Under the pieces are notes generated by a model. That model was not told the origin of the DNA and did no database searches. It saw nothing but the letters and a program-made list of their open reading frames with translations. A program made the translations under genes and the position numbers. DNA of 64,000 nucleotides, taken from the NCBI GenBank assembly GCA_903889265.1, contig CAISWS010000066.1, positions 604-64,603 of the forward strand, in the 5' to 3' direction. Positions 9,670 to 19,834 of the stretch are shown here, in pieces (position 1 is the first letter of the stretch; the number at the start of each line of letters is the position of its first letter). The stretch is from an uncultured Bacteroidota bacterium (GTDB lineage Bacteria > Bacteroidota > Bacteroidia > Chitinophagales > LD1).

Positions 9670-10996
9670 ATTTGCGCTTAATAAACCAGATGTCGTTCAG
9701 TACAAAACCGATGGTAAACCGGTAGTAAGTTTGTTGTAAAACCTGTGTGTTTCCCGGGTCGCCCAACTCGCCGAAATCTCCCGTCACGTTAATGTGTGCA
9801 ACAGATTTAAACGGAAAACCCAGACCAACAGTAGCTCCACCCTGGCTCAGATGGTCTCCGTTAAAAGATATTTCGCTTTTGCCATAATATGCACCCAAAC
9901 GATATTGCATATGCAAAAAGTAATTCCGGTCGTCATATTTGGGTGTTACCTGCATACCTACCGAAGCCTGCCAGCTGTTTACCAGCCCCCCGTTATCTAA
10001 CGGAGTGGTATAGTTACCCCAGGTGTTATACTTAAAGTCTGCTCCAATCATCCAGAATCTTTCATTTCCGAACATCAGCCCGGTGCCAAGATTCATTGGC
10101 ATCGTTATTTTACCGGTTTGTAAGGCATTCTGTTGAAGTGTATCAATAATAGTTTGTGCATCAGTTGAGATAGGGAAATTATACCTGTCCCAATAGTTAT
10201 TTATTTTGGCAGCCATCTTTAAGCCACCCGAACCGTAAGCGCCAAAAAACAGGTAAATATCCCTTCTTGCATCCGGGTCATCACGGTTATGATATATCAG
10301 CTTCTGATACTGAATACCCAGGTTATACGAAAAGCTTTTCATGTTAACCGTAGTTATATTACGGGTAACGAAAGATCCGGCGCTATCTGCCGGGAAACTG
10401 ATTACTTTCTGATATTCAAGCTTACCAAAAATAAACCCGGCATTGGCACCAATTGAAAACCCTTTTATTTTATACGCCCCACCCACATAGGCATTATAAA
10501 GCGAGCCTGACCCAATATAATTTTCGGCATATTGCCCAATGGAAGGGTCGTTAAAATTCTGCACAAAATTGTAATTAACATTGGAGTACGGAAGCAGCCC
10601 CAGGCTTACCGCCCACTGGCCATTTTTGGATTGCGGTACAAAAGCAATGGCAAAATGGTTCACCGAACCACTGCCCGAACGATAACTCGAGTCGCCGGTA
10701 TTAAGATGCGAGCCATCAATTAAAACACCAATTTCAATGGTTGTACGGGTAAGTGATGCATAGGATGCCGGATTGGCGTAATTGATATTCACCCCGCTTG
10801 CATAAGGTGCTGCCAGATAGCCCATCCCCTCATTGGCCGAAAAAACAGGATTGCGCAGGGAACCTAAACCATATCTGGAATAAGGCGATTCAGCCTGCGA
10901 AAACGCACCTGCCGATGCAAAAAGCAAAATAAAAGCAAGGGCAAATTGCAGTGAAAAACCTGTAACATTAAACTTGTACGTCAACTTTGTTTTCAC
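9662..10996 (-). CDS. predicted outer-membrane beta-barrel (porin-like) protein
   Basis: Signal peptide (..LLFASAGAFSQAE) and alternating Gly/aromatic beta-strand pattern throughout. Overlaps lptC by 8 nt and begins 1 nt after coaX. Confidence 0.5.
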   Translation of the reverse strand: MKTKLTYKFNVTGFSLQFALAFILLFASAGAFSQAESPYSRYGLGSLRNPVFSANEGMGYLAAPYASGVNINYANPASYASLTRTTIEIGVLIDGSHLNTGDSSYRSGSGSVNHFAIAFVPQSKNGQWAVSLGLLPYSNVNYNFVQNFNDPSIGQYAENYIGSGSLYNAYVGGAYKIKGFSIGANAGFIFGKLEYQKVISFPADSAGSFVTRNITTVNMKSFSYNLGIQYQKLIYHNRDDPDARRDIYLFFGAYGSGGLKMAAKINNYWDRYNFPISTDAQTIIDTLQQNALQTGKITMPMNLGTGLMFGNERFWMIGADFKYNTWGNYTTPLDNGGLVNSWQASVGMQVTPKYDDRNYFLHMQYRLGAYYGKSEISFNGDHLSQGGATVGLGFPFKSVAHINVTGDFGELGDPGNTQVLQQTYYRFTIGFVLNDIWFIKRKFD

Positions 10997-10997
10997 T

Positions 10998-11741
10998 TTA
11001 AATATTAAAATTCAAAATACGGTTTAGCCCTTCCAACACAAGGTAAGGGCGGGCAAATATCTCATTTTTGAGCAGAGTAACAAAAAAACCTGCATCGCCG
11101 CCCGTGCCAACCACTTGCAGATTGCCAAAACGCTGATTGTATTCTTTTATTATACCCCCCACCTCTTCTTTCATTCCATTTACCACCCCGCTTAGCATAG
11201 AAGTAGCTGTATCAGAGCCAGTCAGCTCGTAATTCAGGTATTGCATCGGATCAACAAGGGGTAGTTTGGCCGTGTAATTGTGCAGGGCTTTAAACCGCAT
11301 AATCATTCCCGGAGAAATAGCCCCCCCCAGATACTGATGTCTATTATTAACAAAATCGTAGGTAATACAGGTGCCAAAATCAATTTTTAAAACGTTTTTA
11401 TCCGCAAAAAGGGCTGAAGCAGCAACTGAACCGGCAATCCGGTCGGCCCCTAAAGTTTCGGGCGTTTTGTAAAGTATTTCCAAAGGCAGCTTCAGCTGGT
11501 GCGATAAAACCACCGTTTTTATCTTCTTTTCCTTCAGCCAGTACTCCACCTCATCATTAACCCCGGTTTTTGAAATAATGGCATACTTTATCTTCTTATT
11601 CGCTAAAACCTCTTCTATAGAAGTCCCCGGGGCAAACACCTCTTTCAGTTCCTCCTTGTCAAACAGGCCTGATTTAATCTGCGTGTTCCCTATGTCTATA
11701 GCTAAGTTCAACTTCAACTGGATTTTAGATACAAGAACCAA
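10998..11741 (-). CDS. coaX: type III pantothenate kinase
   Basis: LAIDIGNTQIKSGLF, GADRIA and VVGTGGDA motifs in a 247-aa protein. Confidence 0.85.
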   Translation of the reverse strand: MVLVSKIQLKLNLAIDIGNTQIKSGLFDKEELKEVFAPGTSIEEVLANKKIKYAIISKTGVNDEVEYWLKEKKIKTVVLSHQLKLPLEILYKTPETLGADRIAGSVAASALFADKNVLKIDFGTCITYDFVNNRHQYLGGAISPGMIMRFKALHNYTAKLPLVDPMQYLNYELTGSDTATSMLSGVVNGMKEEVGGIIKEYNQRFGNLQVVGTGGDAGFFVTLLKNEIFARPYLVLEGLNRILNFNI

Positions 11742-11806
11742 GATACAAGATTTTGGGCGGCAGCGAATTCCGGATTTTCTTACATCTTATATCTGATTTC
11801 CTGCTT

Positions 11807-13645
11807 CTACTTTAAGGCCTTTTTCCCGTTCACAAATTTTACAATAAAACTTTGCTTGTAACGGGGCTGTATCTGTGCTTTCCAGTAGTCGTAACAGGCC
11901 TGGTAGGTTTTGTATTTGCCAACCACATATTTAATCATATCCTTCTCCTCATATACCTCATAGCCCTTTAAGTGGTCGTAGTAGTTGGTATCCATAGGCA
12001 AAAATTGCTTCAATGCAAAAACCTGTATGCGGTAGACCGTATCGGGCACAAACTGCATAATGGGCATTTTATCCCTGTTAGGGTCTGGCTTTGCATCTAA
12101 TTTTACCGGCGCAGTAGCTTCGGTAGCGGTAACTGCTGCAACCGGTTCTGCCGCCTTGGTAGCTGTGGCATCAAAAACGTTTTCGGCCTTTGTCTTTTCT
12201 TTTTCGTATGCCGGGTCTTTCTTTTTCTCCGGTGAAGGAGATGCTGGTGGCTCTGTCAGCGCCTGGGCCGGCCCGTAAGATTGCTTGTAAATTTTTTCGA
12301 GCGACGCCGAGCTTTTCGGGTCGGCGCTGGCCGCCGGTGCGGCGGGTGCCGGGCTCGGTGCAATATCACCTGCCCGGGCAAGGCTATATTTATTATTTAA
12401 CGAAGCGCTGGTAATCTCAATCGTCTCTTTTACGTTGTTTACTATCAGCTCATTCAGGTTGTACTGCAACTCATCCGCGCTTGCGCCCAGCATTTGCCTT
12501 ACCTGGTATGCTCCGTTTATTACCCGACGTTTTTCTATATACGGTAGCCCCGGAAAAATATCCCCACTTTCAATAGCCGAGCACGGCACCGAAAATACCT
12601 TGGTTTTACCTTTGGTAGAAGTAGTATCGTAATAAGTATAAACCGGAATAACACCCCAGTCATCTATCTGCGTTTCGCGGGTAAACCGGTTTCTGCGCAG
12701 TTCCATATCCATCATATAGCCTCTGCAATTTCTCAGCTCTTCATCACTGGCAAGCAGGTTCCCAAGCGAGTAAGCCACAATACCCTGGCGCTCTACACCT
12801 TTGTAATAATAACTTACATTATCAATACGCATGGGGGCATTCGGGCAGGTGCCAACCACCAGGTTAGCCCCCTTTTCAAAGGCAAACTGCGCTAAAGCCT
12901 GCTGGGCCGGGTTAGGCACATCCTGAAAATTATCGCTCCAGTCAAAATATACGATAATAAAATCCGGCTTGTAGGCCTGGGCCATCCTCATGTCCTTTTC
13001 AATCGAGCTCTTGTCTGCTTCATTAATAAAAAACTCTTTCGATGCATCAGGCCTGCTGGGCAATTTGGTGTAATTCAGTACCGCCACCTTAAATCCCTTC
13101 TTCTCAATAATCAAAGGATAATTACCATTGCGCTCAGCCTGGTCAATAAATGCACCGGTGTGGAACATATCATATTTGTTCAGTACATCGCGGGTCCGTT
13201 TAAGCGTTGACTTATGGATATTAGCCGTATGCATATTGGCATGCATCACCGCGTTAATACCCGAGTATTTAAGTGTTAGGGCAAATTCATCAGGCGCCGA
13301 AAACATATCACTGCTGTCGTTGCCAAAACTTGTTTTCAGGTCTACAATGCTTATGTCACCCAAATTCAGCAACGGCTGAACGTACTTAAACTCATTGGTA
13401 AAATCGTACCGGCCGGTAGCGGGGTCGTAGGCGTAATTAACGTGCTTTTCGGTTTGGTAAACATTGCCCCCAATCATCAGGTGCAACATATGGAACGAAT
13501 CAATGTGTTCATCCAGTTCCTGCGCCTGGCGGCGCAGCAGTCGCTGCCTTACATTAATAACATCTTTATTTTCCTGTGCCGCTGCAACAAACACGGCTAT
13601 CAAAAACAAAAAAATCAGGCTTCCCTTTTTATTCATTCCTTTCAC
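11807..13645 (-). CDS. CapA-family metallophosphoesterase-like protein fused to a C-terminal SPOR domain
   Basis: Signal/anchor MNKKGSLIFLFLIAVFVAAAQ. A PGA_cap-like body, then a Pro/Ala/Lys-rich linker of about 100 aa. The C-terminal YRIQVFALKQ...KYVVGKYKTYQACYDYWKAQIQPRYKQSFIVKF fits the SPOR pattern. A GTG start overlaps the upstream stop (GTGA). Confidence 0.6.
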   Translation of the reverse strand: MKGMNKKGSLIFLFLIAVFVAAAQENKDVINVRQRLLRRQAQELDEHIDSFHMLHLMIGGNVYQTEKHVNYAYDPATGRYDFTNEFKYVQPLLNLGDISIVDLKTSFGNDSSDMFSAPDEFALTLKYSGINAVMHANMHTANIHKSTLKRTRDVLNKYDMFHTGAFIDQAERNGNYPLIIEKKGFKVAVLNYTKLPSRPDASKEFFINEADKSSIEKDMRMAQAYKPDFIIVYFDWSDNFQDVPNPAQQALAQFAFEKGANLVVGTCPNAPMRIDNVSYYYKGVERQGIVAYSLGNLLASDEELRNCRGYMMDMELRRNRFTRETQIDDWGVIPVYTYYDTTSTKGKTKVFSVPCSAIESGDIFPGLPYIEKRRVINGAYQVRQMLGASADELQYNLNELIVNNVKETIEITSASLNNKYSLARAGDIAPSPAPAAPAASADPKSSASLEKIYKQSYGPAQALTEPPASPSPEKKKDPAYEKEKTKAENVFDATATKAAEPVAAVTATEATAPVKLDAKPDPNRDKMPIMQFVPDTVYRIQVFALKQFLPMDTNYYDHLKGYEVYEEKDMIKYVVGKYKTYQACYDYWKAQIQPRYKQSFIVKFVNGKKALK

Positions 13646-14304
13646 TTTTCAGCTATCTCAAATATTTCACCATTTTCTATAATATGCACACCGGAAACGT
13701 TTTTACCTGCTTCTTTTATCATAGCTTTAGCCAGCAAATCAGCCGGTGTGCCCCTGTATTTTGCCAGCGGCCCTGCAAATAAAAAAGAAAGCTTCTCAGC
13801 CACAAAACGGCCAACAGCTTCACCAGTACGGTGCTCTTTTCTGTTACCCAGTAAAATTGACGGCCTGAAAATTAATACTGTCTTGTATTTTAACTGGCTC
13901 AAAGCCTGTTCCAGCTCTCCCTTCGTCCTGCTATAAAACACCAGCGATTTTGCATCGGCACCCATAGATGATACTAAAATAAATTGTGCTGCACCGTTTG
14001 CCAAAGCCTGTTTGGCCACCTGCATGGGTATTTCGTAATCAACCCGTTTAAAGGCCGCCTGGCTGCCTGCCTTACCAATGGTAGTTCCCATAGCGCAGTA
14101 TACATCGTCCACCTTTATTTTGCTGTACTGTTCAGGCTTATCAAAATCAACCACAGCGTTTTCCAGTTTGGCATGCTTTATATCCAACGGCCTGCGGGTA
14201 AGTGCAATCACCCTATCATATTGCGCCGAGTCAAGCAGCTGCTTCAGTGTTTCTTCACCCACAAGCCCGGTTGCCCCTATTACCAATGCCGTTTTATTTG
14301 CCAT
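13642..14304 (-). CDS. NAD(P)H-binding oxidoreductase (atypical SDR)
   Basis: MANKTALVIGATGLVGEE Rossmann motif. About 220 aa using the internal ATG at 14304. Confidence 0.7.
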   Translation of the reverse strand: MANKTALVIGATGLVGEETLKQLLDSAQYDRVIALTRRPLDIKHAKLENAVVDFDKPEQYSKIKVDDVYCAMGTTIGKAGSQAAFKRVDYEIPMQVAKQALANGAAQFILVSSMGADAKSLVFYSRTKGELEQALSQLKYKTVLIFRPSILLGNRKEHRTGEAVGRFVAEKLSFLFAGPLAKYRGTPADLLAKAMIKEAGKNVSGVHIIENGEIFEIAEK

Positions 14305-14436
14305 GTACACCAAAAATAACAATTGAATTGGCTTATTGAAGTCATTATTGCATTACCTTTTGGCTAATAACTATAGACTCATGCCAGGCTGTGTCGGTTG
14401 TGTGCCTTTAAAGGCCTTTCTCTTCGGGGAAGTGTT

Positions 14437-15501
14437 TCATCCCACCTTGGGTGAGGGATTTAGGGTGGGGCTTTCATTCTTATTCGCCAGCTGTCCGCAC
14501 GCAGCGTCAATATCCTTACCCCGGCTGCGGCGCACAGCCACATTTACTCCTTTGTTGCGAAGGTAAGCCACAAACTCATTGCGCTTTTCCGACTTTGCTT
14601 TTTTCAAAGTTACACCCTCCACGTTATTATATTCAATCAGGTTAATAAATGAAGGCACCTTATTGTAAAGCTTAATCAGGTTATCGGCATCTTCAATCGA
14701 ATCATTAAATTTATCAAACAGAATATATTCAAACGTTACCTTGTTACCTGTTTTTTGGTGGAAATAAGTCAGCGCTTCCATCACCGTTTCAAGATTATTC
14801 GACAGGTTAATTTCCATAATCTTATCCCGCTTCTCATCCGTAGGAGCGTGTAATGAAAGCGCCAGGTTAAACTTCATCCCCTCATCTGTTAGCCGTGTAA
14901 TGCCACGGGCAATGCCCGATGTAGAAACCGTAATCCTCTTCTGCGCCATATTCAGCCCTTCAGGCGAAGTAATAATGCGTATGCTCTTCATCACATTATC
15001 GTAATTCAGCAAGGGCTCGCCCATGCCCATATACACTATGTTGGTAAGCGGCTTATTGCTGTATTCCAGTGCATACTTATTCAGCAAAACAACCTGGTCG
15101 TATATCTCGCCCGAATCAAGGTTACGCTCGCGCTTTAAAAAACCGGTAGCACAAAAACTACAGCTTAAACTACAACCCACCTGCGATGAAACACATGCGG
15201 TGTTCCTGTCCTCATCGGGTATCATTACACCCTCCACCAGCCTCTTATCATGCAGGCTCATGCCCAGCTTTACAGTGCCATCTTTACTTTTCTGCACCAA
15301 GTGCTCCTGCACCGGTTGCAGCAAAAACTGTTCCTGCATCTTTACCCGCAAATCTTTCGAAAGGCTGGTCATCTCATCAAAACTCCGAGCCGATTTTTTC
15401 CACAACCATTCGTACACCTGCTTCGCCCTGAATTTTGGCTCTTTCATCTGCTCAAACTCAGCCACCATTTCCTCTAAACTAAACTTGCGGATATCCTTCA
15501 T
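14437..15501 (-). CDS. rlmN: 23S rRNA/tRNA (adenine-C2)-methyltransferase RlmN
   Basis: KFRAKQVYEWLW, the radical-SAM CSLSCSFCATG, GMGEPL and the C-terminal ACGQL. ATG 15501 (MKDIRKF..) is preferred. Confidence 0.9.
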   Translation of the reverse strand: MKDIRKFSLEEMVAEFEQMKEPKFRAKQVYEWLWKKSARSFDEMTSLSKDLRVKMQEQFLLQPVQEHLVQKSKDGTVKLGMSLHDKRLVEGVMIPDEDRNTACVSSQVGCSLSCSFCATGFLKRERNLDSGEIYDQVVLLNKYALEYSNKPLTNIVYMGMGEPLLNYDNVMKSIRIITSPEGLNMAQKRITVSTSGIARGITRLTDEGMKFNLALSLHAPTDEKRDKIMEINLSNNLETVMEALTYFHQKTGNKVTFEYILFDKFNDSIEDADNLIKLYNKVPSFINLIEYNNVEGVTLKKAKSEKRNEFVAYLRNKGVNVAVRRSRGKDIDAACGQLANKNESPTLNPSPKVG

Positions 15502-15870
15502 TGCGGCTGCGAAGTTACGGAAGAATTTACAGCTTGGCATTACTCGTGTTCGGTCTTAGCTCCGCTGTTGAAGATTTAGAATAGCTATAGACTGTCACCA
15601 TTCAGCACGGTATACACTTTTTTATTCTTACTTATCTCATTATCAACACCTTAAACCCTTTTAGCACGGTTACAGTTGCGTACCATCTGTTTCTGATTCT
15701 AAGCAGCCAATCAGGCGATTTTCCCTCAAGAGGGTCTTTGCTTGCAGATGCAGCTATAGGCCAGTCCGGAATGGAATTGTAGGCCATAAAACAGTAGAAT
15801 TTTGTTTAGGGCTTGCTAAAGGCCTAACTCGGACATTAATTAACCGCCCCTAAATTAACCGCGTTAGCAT

Positions 15871-16518
15871 TTAAAACGTCCCCACCTTAATAAATATAAC
15901 CCCGCCAACACCGCTGATATCAGCATTGTTAAGGCCGTTAAGTTTGGCACCGGCAGCTATGCGGTAGTTAACCCCCAGCCCAAACCTGAAATATTTGGTG
16001 CAGTTGTAGGTGGCGGTTACAGAAGGAACAATCTCGGCAAAGTTATCGCTGTAGGTAGTGCCATTATACGCATATTGAATATGCCCCCAACCGGCACTTA
16101 GCCCCGGTTGAAGCGAAAACATTTTATTGTCAAACAAAATGTAACTAAAGCCCATACCAACGTACCGGTGCACCAGGGTAACAGTATCCGAGTGGTCATT
16201 AGGGGTAACTGTTTTTTGTATTTGGTTATGGCTGGCCAACCCGTCGTAAATAGCGCTAACCACAAATTTGTGGTTTACTACCCAGTTCAGGTTTGCCCCA
16301 AAGTTGCTACCGGCCTGTGTTTTCATTACCTGCACAACTGAAGCATCAATACCCACATAACATCTGCTGCTGAATTTGTTAGCTTTAAAAAACGGCTTGT
16401 GAGTGGTCGTATCCTCGTTCAATATCTGCGCGGATGTGCTTAATCCCGTAACGGTCAGCAACAACAACACTAAATATTTAAAAGTCCGTTTCAATTTTAG
16501 TTCCCTGTGTTTAATCAA
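15871..16518 (-). CDS. small outer-membrane beta-barrel protein
   Basis: Signal peptide, alternating strand pattern, and ends ...GGVIFIKVGTF with the terminal Phe typical of BAM substrates. Confidence 0.55.
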   Translation of the reverse strand: MIKHRELKLKRTFKYLVLLLLTVTGLSTSAQILNEDTTTHKPFFKANKFSSRCYVGIDASVVQVMKTQAGSNFGANLNWVVNHKFVVSAIYDGLASHNQIQKTVTPNDHSDTVTLVHRYVGMGFSYILFDNKMFSLQPGLSAGWGHIQYAYNGTTYSDNFAEIVPSVTATYNCTKYFRFGLGVNYRIAAGAKLNGLNNADISGVGGVIFIKVGTF

Positions 16519-16571
16519 TGCAGGGCTTAAAAATAAAAATTAACTGGTATCTGCGGTTAAGATGCTTAACC

Positions 16572-18143
16572 TTATTGATTTATAGCAATCTCCTTTTTTA
16601 GCTCCCTCACATTACCTGTGTAGTAGGTTTTCCAATATGGTTTTGGGTTTTGGCAGACAAAAACCTGTAACCCATCTTCCCTGAAATATTTATTCCTCAA
16701 TATGCCAAACAGGGCGTAAGTATTAAATAGCGTATCAAGTTTACCCGGGTTCCGGCCCACATAAATCAGGGTTGTTTTATCGGTGCTGTCTGGCGCCCAA
16801 AAAAGAAAGGCATCCGACATGCTTACAGGGTCAGGCAGGCCCTTTTGCTTGCCGTAGTATTGTATGGCGCTGGCTTGTCCGTAATCATTCGTATAAATCA
16901 TGCAACTTTTTTGGCCCGCACTATCCAGACTTTGGTAAGCCGAAACCACCAAATCGCTGAGTTGTATCCAACCGGTTTCATCGGCATAATCCTGCGGTAG
17001 CAGGTGATTTTTGCCATCTTCCCAACGTGTAGGCCAACTGCCAATAAATTGCGATGAAAGCTTACAATAGTCCACCATTTTTTCGAGCGGCAACACCGGT
17101 AACGATAGCGGCATAATTAAAACGCCAACCAACAATGCATTGGCAATAAAAAGGTACTTCAGCCAGGTAAGTTTACCGATAAAGTATTTTTCCAGCGTGT
17201 ATCCACCGGCGGCAAACAACATGGGGTAAGCCCCCAGTGCGTAATACGCTTTGCCCTTGCCCGCCATTAAAAAAGCCATAGCAATTACATAGCTGATAGC
17301 AATAAACCGAAATTTGCGTTCCGTCTTTAAAAACAACAGGCATAGTAACCCGGTTAGCCATATAAAAAGTCCGGGCATATTCATTAATAACTGGCCCATG
17401 GTAAAGGTGAACGGGTTTTCGTTAACCAATTGCGTACGGCGCAACTCGCCCATGTGCGTAATAACCGGAAAATGATGTTGCGCCTGCCAGTAAAGATTGG
17501 GAGATGCAATGATGAATGCCAGAACGAGTCCGTAGGCAAGGTATTTACTCCTCAACAAAGTCCGGTGCGGACTCAGCAACAGCGAAATAAATAAAGCGCC
17601 GGCAAAAAATACGATGCTGTATTTGTTCAAAAAAGCAATGGCGGTTAAAGCGCCAATGGCTATCCATAGCTTTTCATTTTGGGTATTAACCAGTAGCAAC
17701 GCCAAATAAGCCAGCGCCAGCCAGAAAAACTCATCAAAAGGAACAGGCATAAACTGGTTATCGGACCGCAGAAATGCCGGCGAAAGGATAAATGCTGAAC
17801 AGGCTATTGCCACAGCGAAGTTTTTGCCACCCAATTCGCGAACCATTAATGCAATAACAATAACCGAAAAGGTGCCCGATAAAGCAGGTAACAGCTTAAT
17901 AGCCGGCCCGGAGTAACCGAAAAGATGCTGTAACAAAAACCCCAGAAAGCCCATTAAGGGCGGTGTTGACATATAACCGAAACTAAGGTGCCTGCCCAAA
18001 GCCATGTATAACAACTCATCGCGGTGCAGTTCGTAATTGGTGCAGGTAAACAGGTGTATAAGCAGGGTAAAAAGTGCCAGGCTCAAAGTCAATATCCAAA
18101 AACCGGAGAGCTTATTTTTCATTTTAGGATGCCGGTAAGTCAC
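16572..18143 (-). CDS. glycosyltransferase family 39 (ArnT/PMT-like) membrane protein
   Basis: 523 aa with more than 10 TM helices in the N-terminal two thirds and a soluble C-terminal domain. An early DEL.Y motif (HRDELLYM). Confidence 0.7.
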   Translation of the reverse strand: MTYRHPKMKNKLSGFWILTLSLALFTLLIHLFTCTNYELHRDELLYMALGRHLSFGYMSTPPLMGFLGFLLQHLFGYSGPAIKLLPALSGTFSVIVIALMVRELGGKNFAVAIACSAFILSPAFLRSDNQFMPVPFDEFFWLALAYLALLLVNTQNEKLWIAIGALTAIAFLNKYSIVFFAGALFISLLLSPHRTLLRSKYLAYGLVLAFIIASPNLYWQAQHHFPVITHMGELRRTQLVNENPFTFTMGQLLMNMPGLFIWLTGLLCLLFLKTERKFRFIAISYVIAMAFLMAGKGKAYYALGAYPMLFAAGGYTLEKYFIGKLTWLKYLFIANALLVGVLIMPLSLPVLPLEKMVDYCKLSSQFIGSWPTRWEDGKNHLLPQDYADETGWIQLSDLVVSAYQSLDSAGQKSCMIYTNDYGQASAIQYYGKQKGLPDPVSMSDAFLFWAPDSTDKTTLIYVGRNPGKLDTLFNTYALFGILRNKYFREDGLQVFVCQNPKPYWKTYYTGNVRELKKEIAINQ

Positions 18144-18303
18144 TTCTAAAGGCCGTTAACGGTGTTAAATATGGGCAAAAGCCTCTAAAAGGAGCAAAAA
18201 TTGGCGGGCTAATTCTTCAACTGTCCATAAAATAAATTTAAGCACGGCGGTTGACTTACTATTATCAAAAATCTTTTCTGGCAAATAACTATTTTCACGC
18301 GTC

Positions 18304-19647
18304 ATGTACGCCATAATAGATGTGGAAACTACCGGGGGAAGCCCAATGCTGGACCGGGTAATTGAAGTTGCTGTTTTTGTATTCGATGGTGAAAAAATAA
18401 TCGATTCATACGCCACTCTCATTAACCCCCGCCGTCCTATTGACCCCTATGTAACCAAGTTAACGGGCATTAGCGAGGACATGGTTAAGGATGCCCCTCT
18501 ATTTGAAGACATCAAAGAGCGCCTGCTGGAACTTACCCACGAAAATATTTTTGTAGCCCATAACGTGAAGTTCGACTTTGGTATGATACGCCAGGAATTT
18601 AAACGGCTGGGTATTGATTTTAACCGCAAGCAGTTAGATACCGTTAACCTGGCCCGTAAGGTGTTGCCGGGATTTAACTCCTATAGCCTGGGCAATATTT
18701 GCGATAGCCTGGGTATAGAAATCCTGGACCGCCACCGCGCCAAAGGCGATGCCGAAGCAACTGTAAGGTTGCTGGAGATGATACTTAAAAACCCCAACGC
18801 CGGAAAGTATATTGAAATTGAGTTGAGCCACGGCATTGACCTTGATTTGTTGCCTCCTTACCTGTCAAAAGCTGAAATTGAAAAACTGCCGGAGGATGCC
18901 GGTGTATTTTATTATAAAGATGAGGTGGGCAAAGTGCTTTATCTGGACGGCTCAAAAAATATCCGCAAAAAAGTAATTACTGATTTTTCGGGGCCGGCTG
19001 AAGGCCCTGAACGCAAAAGGATGTTCGAATTAATGCGCAGCATCGATTACGAACTTACCGGCAACGAACTGGTTGCCAAACTGCTTGCTTATAAAGAATT
19101 GAAACGCCATTTACCCGAATTCAACAAAAAGCCGAAGGTGCAGGCTTTTACGCACGGCATATTTTTGGATATGGACGAGGGCGGTTTCAGCCAGCTTAAA
19201 ATCCACCCGCTTGAATGGCCGAATGGTGAGCTGTTACTGAAGTTTGCCAGCAAGGCAGTTGCCAACAAAATACTGGGCAAAATAATAAAGGAAAACAACC
19301 TCCACACCTGGTTTGCCTTGCGGAGTAAAATGAAAGAACTGGGTACCATTGATGCCAAATCGCAAAAGAACTTTAATTATAATATTGAGAAAGCTGCCCG
19401 CCGTTACCTGTACAAGCAATCCAACTTTTTTATCATCGGTGCCGGTATTCATCCCGATGAGAACTCTGCCATCTGGATTGAAAACAATGTTTACCGGGGC
19501 TTCGGTTTTTTCAACCCCGAACTTACCGAGGCAATCCCTGCCAATCTGAAAGAAGTTATTAAACACGATGAGGATGACATGGAGGTGCAGAAAATCATCC
19601 GGGGCCAAATGCGCAAGTTGAAGAACTCCAAAGTGGTGCCGTATTAA
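18304..19647 (+). CDS. DnaQ-like 3'-5' exonuclease fused to a GIY-YIG-like domain
   Basis: MYAIIDVETTG (ExoI), HNVKFDFGM and HRAKGDAEAT (ExoIII), followed by GVFYYKDEVGKVLYLDGSKNIRKKV, which is GIY-YIG-like. Confidence 0.75.
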   Translation: MYAIIDVETTGGSPMLDRVIEVAVFVFDGEKIIDSYATLINPRRPIDPYVTKLTGISEDMVKDAPLFEDIKERLLELTHENIFVAHNVKFDFGMIRQEFKRLGIDFNRKQLDTVNLARKVLPGFNSYSLGNICDSLGIEILDRHRAKGDAEATVRLLEMILKNPNAGKYIEIELSHGIDLDLLPPYLSKAEIEKLPEDAGVFYYKDEVGKVLYLDGSKNIRKKVITDFSGPAEGPERKRMFELMRSIDYELTGNELVAKLLAYKELKRHLPEFNKKPKVQAFTHGIFLDMDEGGFSQLKIHPLEWPNGELLLKFASKAVANKILGKIIKENNLHTWFALRSKMKELGTIDAKSQKNFNYNIEKAARRYLYKQSNFFIIGAGIHPDENSAIWIENNVYRGFGFFNPELTEAIPANLKEVIKHDEDDMEVQKIIRGQMRKLKNSKVVPY

Positions 19648-19834
19648 CTAACACCTGGGCCATTTTCGGAAAGGGGGGGGTTACCACTTTTTTTATTACC
19701 CCATTGGTTATCAAGCCATTACTTTCTTAAGACCCGTTTCCAAGGAAACCACCCCCCGCTCCAACTCATGGTACTATCATATCTTTTCAAACCAAATCCA
19801 ACCAGAACTATTGGAGATTGCCAGGTACCCCCTA

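Noticed and set aside
12060-12632. Plus-strand ORFs antisense to the Pro/Ala-rich linker of the CapA-SPOR gene.
   Set aside because: Their low-complexity translation mirrors the sense-strand GCN/CCN codons. There is no independent support.
15541-15870. tmRNA, RNase P RNA or 6S RNA in the long spacer.
   Set aside because: It has no GGGG..TGA 5' end, no tag ORF ending in ALAA, no T-arm/CCA end, and no GAGGAAAGTCCGG motif. I kept it only as an unassigned region in the findings.
19673-19757. A G8 tract (19673-19680) and a C6 tract (19752-19757) between convergent genes, considered as a long-range hairpin or slippage site.
   Set aside because: The arms match at only about 12 of 18 positions, with a loop of about 60 nt. 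The tracts are intergenic, so slippage has no obvious coding consequence.
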